A stretch of 63,038 nucleotides of DNA, the filler included, from Octopus bimaculoides (Eukaryota), in assembly GCF_001194135.2 (NCBI RefSeq). It is 9 parts of 8 records of this genome, joined end to end, with 100 filler letters (N's around TTAATTAATTAA, not from the genome) between each part and the next. Parts side by side here need not be neighbours in the genome. Positions count along the whole stretch, not along the records: positions 1 to 14,281 come from NC_068981.1; 8 more parts are not named here. One strand, given 5' to 3'. Position numbers and translations under genes: made by a program. The notes under the pieces are model-generated. The model made no database searches and was not told the origin of the DNA. It saw only the letters and a list, made by a program, of their open reading frames with translations. This document shows, piece by piece, positions 1 through 11,100 of the stretch (position 1 is its first letter; the number at the start of each line of letters is the position of its first letter).

Positions 1-37
1 TTATTATCATTATCATTATTATTATTATCATTATTAA

Positions 38-1070
38 ACATTTGATAGTTTCAGGCATTGTTGGGATGTGTGTAACATTGTAAATGGTTTTTGTTTTATT
101 GTTGTTGTTAGGGGAATACAAACTCTTCCCAGCATTGTATTGCATCAGTTTTTTTTTTGTTTTTTTTATCGTGTCTGATTACAGTTTTTTGTTGTTTTAG
201 TGTTTGTATTGTGTGTAATGTGAGTTGTGTTGTTCTGTTTGACATCCGGCCTGTAGACGACATGATGTGCTGGGTGTTTATTTTATTGAATATTTACTGT
301 ACAGAGTTTGTTTTGTGTTTGTGGATTGCTTTGTTTGGGTTGTATTACTGAACTGATAGCATCTTGTGTAGGATGTGAGCTGTTCCCAGCAGGGCTATTT
401 TCTGGTCTTTTGTCCCTCATTATTCCTGTCATCAGCTTCCACATCAAGGGCAGACAGGTGATAGACCAGTAACTATCCACTGCATTGCCTTTATTGGAAT
501 CCTTTTGGCAAAGAATTGTTTTACCTGTGTTCAGCCCCTTTGCGATTTTCACCCAGCTGTTGATCATTTTATCCATTTGCATGGCTATTATTTTGTGAAG
601 TGCTGGGAAATTTTTCAGCCAATATCTTTGTATCCCATCCGGGCCTAAGCATTTCCAGTTTGGCATCCTTGTTGTCTGTTCGGTTACCATTTCAGTCTTT
701 ATTCTAATATTGCTCTGTTTCACTTCATATTTTTTCCAATCTTAATTCCTTCAACCATTTAGCATTTTTTTTTATGCCTTCTTCCATTATCCCAGATCTT
801 ACTCAAAAACCTTTTATTTTCTTCAACGTCTGGTCTCTCATTGCTGTTAACCTTTCCATTCAGTTGTTGATAAACCCTTTTCTGCTCTTCTTGAAACAAT
901 CTCTTGATTTTTATATGATTCAATTATTTGATCATATCTCTTGATCTTTGTCACTTTAACCTGCAATTTTTGTTTCAGCTCTTCAAGAACTACATTTAGC
1001 CCCTTTTTATTTATCATATATCTATATTCTAGTTCCTAATATTTCTCCTCCCTCTTGATTTCACATTAAT
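38..1070 (-). mobile_element. R4/Dong-clade non-LTR retrotransposon fragment: pre-RT region and RT start fused to the RLE C-terminus and 3' UTR, ending in a (TAA)n tail
   Basis: Manual translation gives 'NVVLEELKQKLQVKVTKIKRYDQIIESYKIKRLFQEEQKRVYQQL'. ORF 283..723 has 'NWKCLGPDGIQRYWLK...ITCLPLMWKLMTGI'. An alternate frame from 404 reads 'QKIALLGTAHILHKMLSVQ*' (stop 345-347). TAA repeats at 1-37. Confidence 0.88.
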
Positions 1071-1071
1071 A

Positions 1072-1120
<49 letters not shown>

Positions 1121-1139
1121 GATCATTATTATTATTGTT

Positions 1140-1665
1140 GTTGTTGTTATTTTATTGTCTTTGCACAGCTTCTAATGCTGGAGGTGTACTACAGTGTCAG
1201 CTGTTCACTTACAGTGAACTAAAGTAACACCTCTTATTTTTCGAGCACCTTCCGGAGTATTCGGGCGGTTCCAAGCAGTGCTGTTTTCTGCAAGTGCTCC
1301 ACCCTTATTGCAGCCCCTATTTGTTCCACGTACTTCTCGAGATTTTTGCTCATTGTTCCCAGGGCTCCAACAGTTATTGGTACTACTGCTACCTTTTTCA
1401 TCGACCACAACTGCTTAACTTCCCAAGCTAACCTGTCATATCTCTCGACTTTTCTTTCTTCCTTATAGCATACCTTGTTGTCAGCTGGGTATGCTATATC
1501 TATGATCCAACATAGTTTGTTTTCTTTCTCAATTAAGACTATGTCTGGTTTCCTATTCTCAATCTCATGGTCGCACTGAATCACAAAAATACCATAAGAT
1601 CTTTGAATTATCATTTTTGATGATGTCTTCGGGTTTATATTCCTACCAGTTTTTTGCACCGAAGA
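1140..1665 (-). mobile_element. 5'-truncated R4/Dong element: restriction-like endonuclease (RLE) domain, 3' UTR and (TAA)n/(CAA)n tail
   Basis: ORF 1234..1689: 'IQCDHEIENRKPDIVLIEKENKLCWIIDIAYP...KVERYDRLAWEVKQLW...VVPITVGALG...LQKTALLGTARILRKVL' (PD..D RLE). Tail repeats at about 1072-1150. Confidence 0.92.
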
Positions 1666-1759
1666 TAGTGTGGAATGAGAAAAAAACACATTTTCAAGTT
1701 ATGAAGGGAGTGGATAAGAGATATAGAAAATATGGAAGAAGGTATTAAGAACATTAAAG

Positions 1760-1791
<32 letters not shown>

Positions 1792-1929
1792 CGTTGCCAG
1801 GCAATTTTCACAACAGAATGCCTTTATTTCAGTCTTTTTTATATATTCCATGTCAAACCATGTCTTCCCCGACAGTTAGGCTTCTTGATCAGGACAGATT
1901 CCTGCATTATTTGATGCAATTTATAATGT

Positions 1930-2140
1930 CTTAATAAAGGAAGTTTTTTGTTTTTCCATTTAGTACATAAATGTAAAGATTTTCCTTCTTACTCTTGAAC
2001 ATCCACCGTGAAGCTGACCATGGGGAAGCAAGACTCTTCAAAATGTAAACCAGCAACCGAAAATGTTTGCCCTTGCGCTTTGTTGGTGGTCATGGCAAAA
2101 ATAAGACAAACTGGAGATTGAAGTCGTTTGACCTGAAGTG
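1930..2140 (-). mobile_element. Helitron PIF1-like helicase C-terminal fragment
   Basis: ORF 1989..2183: 'KRLQSPVCLIFAMTTNKAQGQTFSVAGLHFEESCF'; after a frameshift 'HGQLHGGCSRV'. Matches the Helitron motif FPVRLAFAMTINKAQGQ...FSHGQLYVACSRV. Confidence 0.85.
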
Positions 2141-3589
2141 AAACATCATCTCCTGCGTTTGTGCGTTGGAGATTCTTGTGCATTTATCAACTAACCGATG
2201 CATTTTATACTCATGTAGCAAATTATATTTTTTGATTAGTAATAACCGAAAACCTTCTCGCTGGGACGCAGAGTTCGAAAATCAAAGTCGTTTTTCTCTC
2301 TGACATACTGTTTCGGAGTCTTTCGATGACATACATACATGCACTCTCACTTATATAGTAGATATACATACGTATACACATGCGCACATACATACAGATA
2401 TATGTATGCGAACACACATATTTGTACGGAAATGAAAAAAAAAAGGTACAATAAAACACCATCAATAATTAAAATAATTTTTAAAAAATAAAGCAGGAAT
2501 GATTTTCATGCTTGGTTGAATTGGATACTCTACGACCCCACCCATTTAATTATTTTAAAAATTTAATCATTTATATAATCGAGTGCAAGTAAATGCACCA
2601 GTAAGCATTTTTAAATGGACATTTGGCGTTGAAAAACACTAACGTCTAAAGAGCATCTCTCTTTTAAATTCAGTGAAGTGTCTTAGTTTTTATTCTACTA
2701 ATAATCTAATTTTGCATGAGCCTAATTCTGAACCTTATTGTTTTTGTAACAGCATATCCTCGTCGAAAAGTCCTTGCTACCACAGATGTGCAAACTTTTT
2801 GTTTGAGTTTCGAAGAGCGGTGAATTTTAGTTCATCTTCATCCCCTGTATTTTCTTCGTGTCTTTCTTAAGAATTTGCTGACGTTTCAAAGAAATTGTTC
2901 CACCGAACCTGTTTACATTGTTTTATAGTTAAATCATTTTCACGATGTTTTCTTCTTTTCCTTTCATATTACCACCTGATCTCTAATTATTTCTTCCTAT
3001 CACACAATGAACGCACGGTACTCCAGGTTAGTTGTATTAGGGGACAAAGTATTTGCTCGTCTATTTATGGTACTGCTTAATATTTCCTTTGCTGTCTCCC
3101 GAGTTTCGACTGGGGTTTGCTGTTGCTGTTGCTCTTCATTATTTTCGCTGCGTGTTTCTATGATAAATAGAATGACTAGACTTTCTACTTTGTCTTCAGT
3201 CTGCTCTCGGTGTCTTCTACTGGTCACAGTTCTGACATTGATGTATAACCGTCGGATACCATTAGGACTTTCAAGTCTATTTTGACGATCCCTGACCATA
3301 GGTCACCTTTCAGTAAACCTGTTTTGACTCATGCTACAACACAAAAAGCCACAACTAGCCATGGATCTGCACCATGTCCACTGTCGTCTGTTGTCTTTCT
3401 CCTGTTTATTTCACTTATGTTTTGGGGCACAAAAATGTGTCAGACGTATTTCTCACAATTTCTCCCTATGCCTTGACTGCGTTTTCAGTTTCAAAGGTAC
3501 AACAAATAGTGCCATAATTCTTGCCTTTTTCATTTGGGATAATTGCCCTTGATATGTTTTGGAGGGCTTTTCAACTATTAGACATGTGG

Positions 3590-4000
3590 AGAAATTTAAT
3601 CTGGCGGAAAAGGTGGACAGAAGATAATGACAGAGGGAGACACTTACTGCACCTTAAACAAGGTGCAATAAGGAAAACATTCATTAAAAAGAAAGAAAAT
3701 ACAATATGAAGGGAAAAAGGAATAAATATTGTAATTGAGAGAAATGAAACAAAATGTGACATGAAAGGCAGCTAAATAAAACGATATAAAAGTAGAAACT
3801 GATGAGTTTCAACAGAAAAGGTTGTTTCAAAATAATGAGAAGAGATTGTTCGAAAAGTTGGAGTAAGTATAAAGATATAAAGATAAAATACCAAATGCAG
3901 GGAGAGGCAGAGAGTTTTGGAGTGGTACAAGAGGCAAGAAAGATATCCACAATGGAAAGATGAGGTGGATAGAAGGGTGAAAGAATTAAGATGAATAAAA
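3590..4000 (+). mobile_element. Degraded R4/Dong fragment (region upstream of RT)
   Basis: Frameshifted translation 'KGINIVIE.MKQNVT*KAAK*KRYKSRN*EFQQKRLFQNNEKRLFEKL...KIPNAGRGREFWSG', homologous to the 780-1070 segment. Confidence 0.7.
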
Positions 4001-4084
4001 CAATAGAACGTCTAAGTAATTATTCTGGAGTTCATTGTAAAAACAAACTCCCAAACTACTTAACTGGAAGGAATCTGGACCGTT

Positions 4085-4207
4085 CTCAGTAAAAATTTAG
4101 CCGAGGTCGACTTTGCCTTTCATCCTTTCGGGACTGATAAAATACCAGTTAAGTACTGGGTCGATGTAATTGACCAACCCCTTCTCCTAAAATTTCAGCC
4201 TTGGACC

Positions 4208-4210
<3 letters not shown>
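4085..4210 (+). mobile_element. Partial Meta-domain-like tRNA-SINE
   Basis: Family motif 'ccgaggtcgactttgcctttcatcctttcggga..gataaaataccag', followed by a (TAG)n tail. Confidence 0.8.
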
Positions 4211-4238
<28 letters not shown>

Positions 4239-4338
4239 ATTAAATTGCGGTGTAGTGAATAACGTTTGTATTATGTCTACATTCTAAGTTCAAATCCCAT
4301 CTAAGTACAAATCCCTTTTGCACTTCATCAGTTGGGAT

Positions 4339-5372
4339 TGTAGTGAAACTAACCTCTATCGCCATTATATACGAACAAACCATCTTCCCCACTGTTATAA
4401 ATATAATCAAGTGCCCTGTCATCACCTGACTGACTATTCTTTGCGCGGGTAAATTATCTCCATTTGCCCCCAGGACGCAAACTGACCAACCATAGCCCAT
4501 AATAAGGTCACGTGAGAGTGTTTTTCTAATGCTTCTCTGGAGCCTACCTTCAGCTATAAATAGCCTGCTAGATACTCGGCAAATTCGTCACGCCTCAGAT
4601 CTTAGATCTGGCCGCTGACCACACACGCGTAACACAGCACCAACCAACCAGCTAGTTCCAGCGACGACATCAACAACACCATCGTTCAACTACGAACTAC
4701 AAGCATCGCCCCCGACGTCGCCAGCAGCAACACGACTCTACGACTACCAGCATCGCCGCCAGCGTCAACACGACTTTCTACACGTACACAAGCTACCAAC
4801 AGCTAACCGCAGCTTTTCAGCCCTGTTTGTGTGAATCGCCTCACCACGAAATTAACAGACAAGAACTCAGCCTGCGAAGAACATCTGTATTCAAGAACCC
4901 GGCCCGCCATAGAAGCCCTAACATCACGACGAGTGATCGCTCTGCCCTAACGCTTTAACTTCTTATATACAGACACTTACCACTGTGTACTCTAACAAAG
5001 AACTGGTATAAATTCTTGTACGTGTTACTGACTCTATTCACTACTCTGTAACTCCTACATACACATATATGTATTACTCGCACACACTCTTTTGTTTACA
5101 TGACGGCCAGTCTTATATTGTGTTTTATTATGTCGCATTCACACACACACAGACATACAGTTTAATACTCCAATAAATCTTACTGTTATACATCTCTATC
5201 GGTTGAGTCCTATCTTGTTCCTTACTGGCATTTCATAGTTCTCTATGTTATAGAATTATAACATATATATCATCTTATATTTTTGTGTTCGACCGTGTGA
5301 CGCGTTTAAAGAAGGAGCCCTGTTTTCCATTCGTCACCATTTCTCCTTTTGGTTCGCACGGTCGTTCTTACA
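4339..5372 (+). mobile_element. Solo LTR (about 1034 bp), probably Gypsy-type
   Basis: TGTA...TACA termini. 4-bp TSD GGAT at 4335-4338 and 5373-5376. TATAAATA at 4555, CACGTG at 4509, AATAAA at 5172. No internal ORF. Confidence 0.78.
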
Positions 5373-7033
5373 GGATCAATCCAATGAATATAAATTATCT
5401 ACAGAGATGAAGCCAATCAATCGTGCCCCTCCCTTACTAAAGAGACCAATAACCAGTGTTGAATCAGTCAATGTATGAGGCTCACAAAATTGAACATTTC
5501 TCTCTACTTTTGCAGTTCTTTCATTTATGTTTGAACGTGTAGCGGTGATTCGAAACCGAACTGCTAAATAACCGGTCAGATGCCACGAGCGAACCAATAT
5601 AGTTTCATGTGATCGGTCTCTAAAGCAACCAAGCAGAGTGAAGCTATTTCGTGTTTTGGCGCCGAAACACTTTACAGAGCATTGAGAGTGGCCGACTCAT
5701 TCACACGTCTCACCTCTTGTCAGGCAGAGTGTCGAAAGGTGACACGTGTCTCCATTCTTGCCCTTCTGACGATTCCAGATATAAGGCAGACAGTCAACAC
5801 CAATGGCCCAAGACAGATGACCAAGAACCTCCGTCGCCACGAAAATAGCGCACTTCATTTCAGATATGTTGGGCCGACTCCATGTTTCCGTGCCACTCTC
5901 CCAGTCTGTAATTATTGCGGTTGTTAATTGTAAACGACCAACGCAGATTATGCGCGACAATAAATATTTCAGTCAAACGTTCGCGGGTGTTGTTTAAGCG
6001 CTTTTATTTTTGTTTCTTCACGCAGCCAAAATACATATATTCATTCACCAGTTCAACCACGGAACAGCAAACAACCACATCCATGGCGACAAACGCATGC
6101 ATCCTCAAACAAACAAGCACAAACATGTCTTTTTAATTTCACGTTGGTTAACATTTGGTAAAAGTGTAAAGAATGGCAGACAAAGTAAGAAGTGAACGAA
6201 AAGTCTGGGGCATAGAATCGGATAAAGAATTAAAACACGCAGTCACAGGTACCGTAGAGAAGTACATTATACAGAGATATCAAATATTCAGTGACCATTA
6301 AGATAATGGCAGAAATACAACAAAAGATGTTTTATAATATTGAGAAATGTGAGACTGAGATCAATTTATCATAGAAAACAGTTGGATAAAAGTTTTGTTT
6401 GTCTCATATGAGTAAATATCTCTCTGGTGTGTGTGTGTCATTAAGTGTTTGTTTAACTAAGATTGATTATAAATTGTGTTCTAGCGTTTTATTTCCCACT
6501 GTCACCAAATGTAAACATCTGTCACCGTCTTATTGATTATCTTCAGAAATGATATTCAATTCTGATCTTAGTTCGGTGTATTGACGATACTTTACATTTC
6601 CTCTCCCTCAGACAAACGATCCAGCCTTTGTTTGAGTCGTACAGTTTCTCGTGGTCAATATCTGTTTTTTTAAATTAAAATAGATTATTTCATGTTCCAA
6701 CACAAACATTCACATCTCATTCGATATTGTTGCACTATCAACCAATTTTATTGCAATTGGAACAATATTTGTCATAGATTTATAGAATTAAAATGCATTC
6801 ACTGATCATTTGGAGAGGGTGTGAATAAATTGAATTAAATGACGTAGAACACTCCACCAGAGCAATAAAAAAATCATTGAAAATTTGAAATATTTAATGA
6901 CTATAAAGTTACCAGGTCACGACATGGTATTAAGAATATCAAGTAATACCTACGTTACAGTATGGCTGACAGATACGATAGGGTGGTGCTGTTACATACA
7001 TACGTGCATATATACATGCATACATACAAACAT

Positions 7034-7108
<75 letters not shown>

Positions 7109-7633
7109 NNNNNNNNNNNNNNNNNNNNNNNNNNNNNNNNNNNNNNNNNNNNNNNNNNNNNNNNNNNNNNNNNNNNNNNNNNNNNNNNNNNNNNNNNNNN
7201 NNNNNNNNNNNNNNNNNNNNNNNNNNNNNNNNNNNNNNNNNNNNNNNNNNNNNNNNNNNNNNNNNNNNNNNNNNNNNNNNNNNNNNNNNNNNNNNNNNNN
7301 NNNNNNNNNNNNNNNNNNNNNNNNNNNNNNNNNNNNNNNNNNNNNNNNNNNNNNNNNNNNNNNNNNNNNNNNNNNNNNNNNNNNNNNNNNNNNNNNNNNN
7401 NNNNNNNNNNNNNNNNNNNNNNNNNNNNNNNNNNNNNNNNNNNNNNNNNNNNNNNNNNNNNNNNNNNNNNNNNNNNNNNNNNNNNNNNNNNNNNNNNNNN
7501 NNNNNNNNNNNNNNNNNNNNNNNNNNNNNNNNNNNNNNNNNNNNNNNNNNNNNNNNNNNNNNNNNNNNNNNNNNNNNNNNNNNNNNNNNNNNNNNNNNNN
7601 NNNNNNNNNNNNNTAAATATATACACACACCCA

Positions 7634-8920
7634 TACAGCCTTGGCCAAAATTATGAAACAAAATAAAGCATATGATAGAAACTTATTTACTTAATAATTG
7701 AAAACAGTCTAATAAACATTCTAGAGTCGATCCCATCAGTAATTAATATTTTGATATGTTCTCCTTTTGTTTTTATAATTGCTTTTATGCGTTTTTGCAT
7801 ACTTGAGACTAAGTTGGCGCAAGTGACTGGATCTATTTTCTGTCACGCACTGTGTGACACTAATGTTTTTTCTTATTTCTTCAGTGAATATCTTACTGAT
7901 TATTTATCAGTGGTTAATATTTCTTGAAAATGTCTCCGAAGAAATAGATTCCTGAAACTCAAAAAGCTCAAATCATTGCATAATCCAGTGAAGGATTCTT
8001 CCAAGTTGAAATTGCAAGAAAATTAAAATGCTTGAGAAAAGGTGTCCATCAAAAGATACAATGTGACCAATTCTTTCGAAAACTGTAAAGAACGAGGTCG
8101 CAAAAAGTGTACAACCACGAGGGAAGACAGGTTGCTGAAGAGGACATCACTGGTGGATAGGAAAAAGACCTGTTGAGTTTCAGGTAGCAACAAACAAGGA
8201 TATATCAACTCGCACGATGAGAAAAAGGATATTAAAAGTTGGGTTCAAAGAATGTAAGGCCAGAAAGAAGCCGTTGCTGTTTGAGATGAACATGAAGAAG
8301 CGATTGTCTTGGGCAAAAGAGCATAAAGATTCGACTGATGATAATAGGTTTAAATTTGTTAGGTCTGATGAAAGTAATTTTCATGTAGGTTCTCCACATT
8401 TCACCACTTTACTAGGCATGATTGAAATTCTTACTGTTGTACAAATTTTTTTATTGGATACCAAAAATGATCAGAATTTTTTTTTTCTCGTCAAATCTTT
8501 GGAACCCCTGGGGCTGTTCGCCGTAGAGTTGGGGAGGTTTATCATCCTGGATGCGTGGTCCCAACAGTCAATTTTGGAAGAGGAAGCGTAAGGGTTTTGG
8601 GCTGCATATCGCCTTCAGGCCCAGGAATATTGTTCACTTGTGAGGTCAGAATGAATTCCAACACTTACACTAGCATGCTAGATCACGCTTAGCAACCTTC
8701 CTTAGCTAAAATTTTCAATGATAACATCCCAGACTGCTCCATGCCACACATCCAGAGTCTCAGAGTCTGAGGAGAAAAGGATGACGGTTATGAAATGGCC
8801 CCCTCAGTTTCCCATTGAACGTTTGTGGTGACAAGAACGTTTGTGGTGACAAGAGTGAGGATGCACAAATGTTCTTCAAAAAGCGAATTAGAAGCCAAAA
8901 TTTCATGAAGAGCGGCAGAA
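7634..8920 (+). mobile_element. Tc1/mariner transposon relic: left TIR and disrupted transposase; right TIR not found
   Basis: TA|CAGCCTTGGCCAAAATTATG left end. HTH region 'GRKKCTTTREDRLLKR'; 'ARKKPLL...KKRLSWAKEHKD...SDESNF'; 'APCHTS...WPPQFP-IERLW'. Confidence 0.85.
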
Positions 8921-9439
8921 ACCTGATTAACGAATTAATTAAGCGGGTGTTGAAGGTGGAAATCGTCAACAACAAACAGTACCAGGCTCTGGAAAGTGTG
9001 AATCAATAAAGTTTTATAAGATTGAAGAAAATTCTATTTAGAAACTGAGATGACGCGCCCAAGAAAGGCATCGCAATCGATATGTTTACTGCAAGATTGG
9101 TTCTTGACAAATTCTTCGACGAAAGCAAGAAGGCTGCGTTGTTAGAGCTAAAGCTTATGCTTGAAGACATGATGGGACAAAGAGCCGTCTGATGGGCTCG
9201 AAAGACAGGCGCAACGCGGCAACAAAACCAAAGTTTGATATTTGATGGACCATGATGGATGCATGTAGCTCAAACCCGAGCAGACGTGTGCGGCATTTCG
9301 GTAGCACTATGTTCGATTGTTCAGGGTAGGTGGCGGATCGGATCGCAGAATGGAGTTCAGTGCTTTAGACAGACAGGCCGATAGACAGAGAGACAGACAG
9401 ACAGACAGACAGGTGGACAGACGGATAAACAGAGAAATG

Positions 9440-9480
<41 letters not shown>

Positions 9481-9734
9481 GTAGGTAGGTAGGTAGGTAG
9501 GTAGGTAGGTAGGTAAGTAGGTAGGTAGACTGATTGATTGATTTCAGTCAGAATTGACGACCAAGAGTATTCGTTTACTTAATCATCTGAACTTCCGGCT
9601 CATTGAATTAACGTAGAAGTTGACTATTCTACAGACACATGTACCTTTAATGTAATTCTTTGATAGAATCAGTGTAACACAGTAGAGGACAAGGCCAACC
9701 CCTTTAGATTAAGGCCAGTGCAATCTATCTCACA

Positions 9735-9892
9735 GGCTTCAGTATAGTTTCCACTTACTCAGGTCCCCTCAAAAGGCATGGGTCAATACGAGGCTATGGA
9801 AAACGAGACTTGCTCGAGATGCCACACCGTGGGGTCAAACTCCGGACTTTGTGATTATAGAGCAACTTCTTGACCATTCGGGCGTGCTGCGC
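9735..9892 (-). mobile_element. Degenerate CORE-type (OR-like) tRNA-SINE
   Basis: Reverse complement resembles the 14870 copy (head, 'caccttgggcaagtgtcttct' core, 'gtggaaactga'). Confidence 0.6.
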
Positions 9893-9959
9893 TTACGAGT
9901 AAGTTTTTGGTGTGTGTATGTGTGTATTTACATATGTGTGTGTGTGTGTGTGTATTTAA

Positions 9960-9997
<38 letters not shown>

Positions 9998-10089
9998 TTA
10001 CATATGTGTGTGTGTGTGTGTATTTACATTGTTTACTTTTCTGTTAAAGTAAGATCAATAAAAAAGCACTCTATCTGGCGAGAGACAAA

Positions 10090-11100
10090 ATATTGTTTAG
10101 TGCACACAGGATATAATTATGAGCTATTCATAGTTTCATACATTGAGGATATTATCTAGGCAGATTTTAAAGCAAGCCAACTGTCTCCAAGTATTCTTCG
10201 GGCTTTGAGCACATGGCTTATACAAGTTAAAAATTAGGACAAAAAAAGCAAGAGAAATCACGAGGAAAAAAAAACAAAATAAAAAGGTAGGTTCAAAAAG
10301 TGGATTGGGGGAAAAAAACGGAGAAAGAAAGGAAAAAAGAAAAAAGAAAAATTAGAGTTATGTACCCTTTGCACATAGAGTCGTATAGTTAGATGGTGTA
10401 GAATCAACGGAGCGAACAAATTCCATGGGTGCATGGTAGACTCCGTCATATACAAGGCAGAAGTTACAGCAACGCTACATGATAACGAAGCCGAAAATAA
10501 GAATTACACGGGGTTATGCGAAGGCGACTTCAAAACTCGCTATGCGAACCACCTATCCTTTTTCCAGCACATGAACAAAAGTAAAGCCACTAAGTTGGCT
10601 TGCTACGTATGGGGTTTGAAGACCAACTCCATGCCACGTGCAATCAAGTGGAAAAACGTATAAAAATCCATAACGTATATTAATGGTAAAAAATGCAAGT
10701 TATGCGTAGCTGAAAGATCCACCACACTACTAAATTCCAGATGAGAAATTTTCAGAAAATGTAAACATATGGACAAGTTTCTATTGGCAAATTGGAGGAC
10801 ACCACCCTCTCCAGATTGAGCAGCTGTATCGCAGGCTTTGGAACCCAACAAGTCTTAATATTCTACAGTCAAAGGGGACATAATTCCGTTTTCCCCACTC
10901 CCCTTTTTGATCCTACCTTCATCTTGTTTTCTCTCGTGATTTCTTTTGTTCTTTTACTCCAATTTGTAACTTGTATGTGCCCAGAGCCTGAAGAATACTT
11001 GGAGACACTACGTGTGTTTTAAAACCTGCCTAGACAATACCTTCAATGTGTGAAACTATTAGTAGGTCATTACAATATACTGTGCACATTACACAATATG
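10090..11100 (+). mobile_element. 5'-truncated Penelope-like element: GIY-YIG endonuclease C-terminal region flanked by inverted pseudo-LTRs
   Basis: ORF 10433..10663: 'VIYKAEVT...NYTGLCEGDFKTRYANHLSFF...TKLACYVWGLK...IKW', continuing in a shifted frame as 'YINGKKCKLCVAER...LLNSR*EIFRKCKHMDKFLLAN'. 10090-10380 is the reverse complement of about 10860-11100. Confidence 0.85.
10984..11068 (+). ncRNA. Candidate type I hammerhead ribozyme in the pLTR; second damaged copy on the minus strand at 10121-10205
   Basis: GAGC-CTGAAGA (10988-10994), stem II ATAC.TTGGAG/CTTCAA.T.GTGT, GAAA (11052-11055), short quasi-palindromic stem III CTATTAG, GTA triplet (11062-11064), then GGTC. One stem I mismatch. 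Confidence 0.6.

Noticed and set aside
3000-3299. Minus-strand ORF with 'YINVRTV...IIETR', faintly like an APE endonuclease start
   Set aside because: Only two short motifs, and downstream APE motifs are absent.
9049-9190. Resemblance of 'ARLVLDKFFDESKKAALLE' to M13/neprilysin peptidases
   Set aside because: A short helical similarity only; the following WMD...IGYP motif and splice signals are missing.
9181-9210. CTGATGG...GAAA hammerhead-like motif
   Set aside because: The core is not CUGANGA and there is no room for stem II; just a small hairpin.
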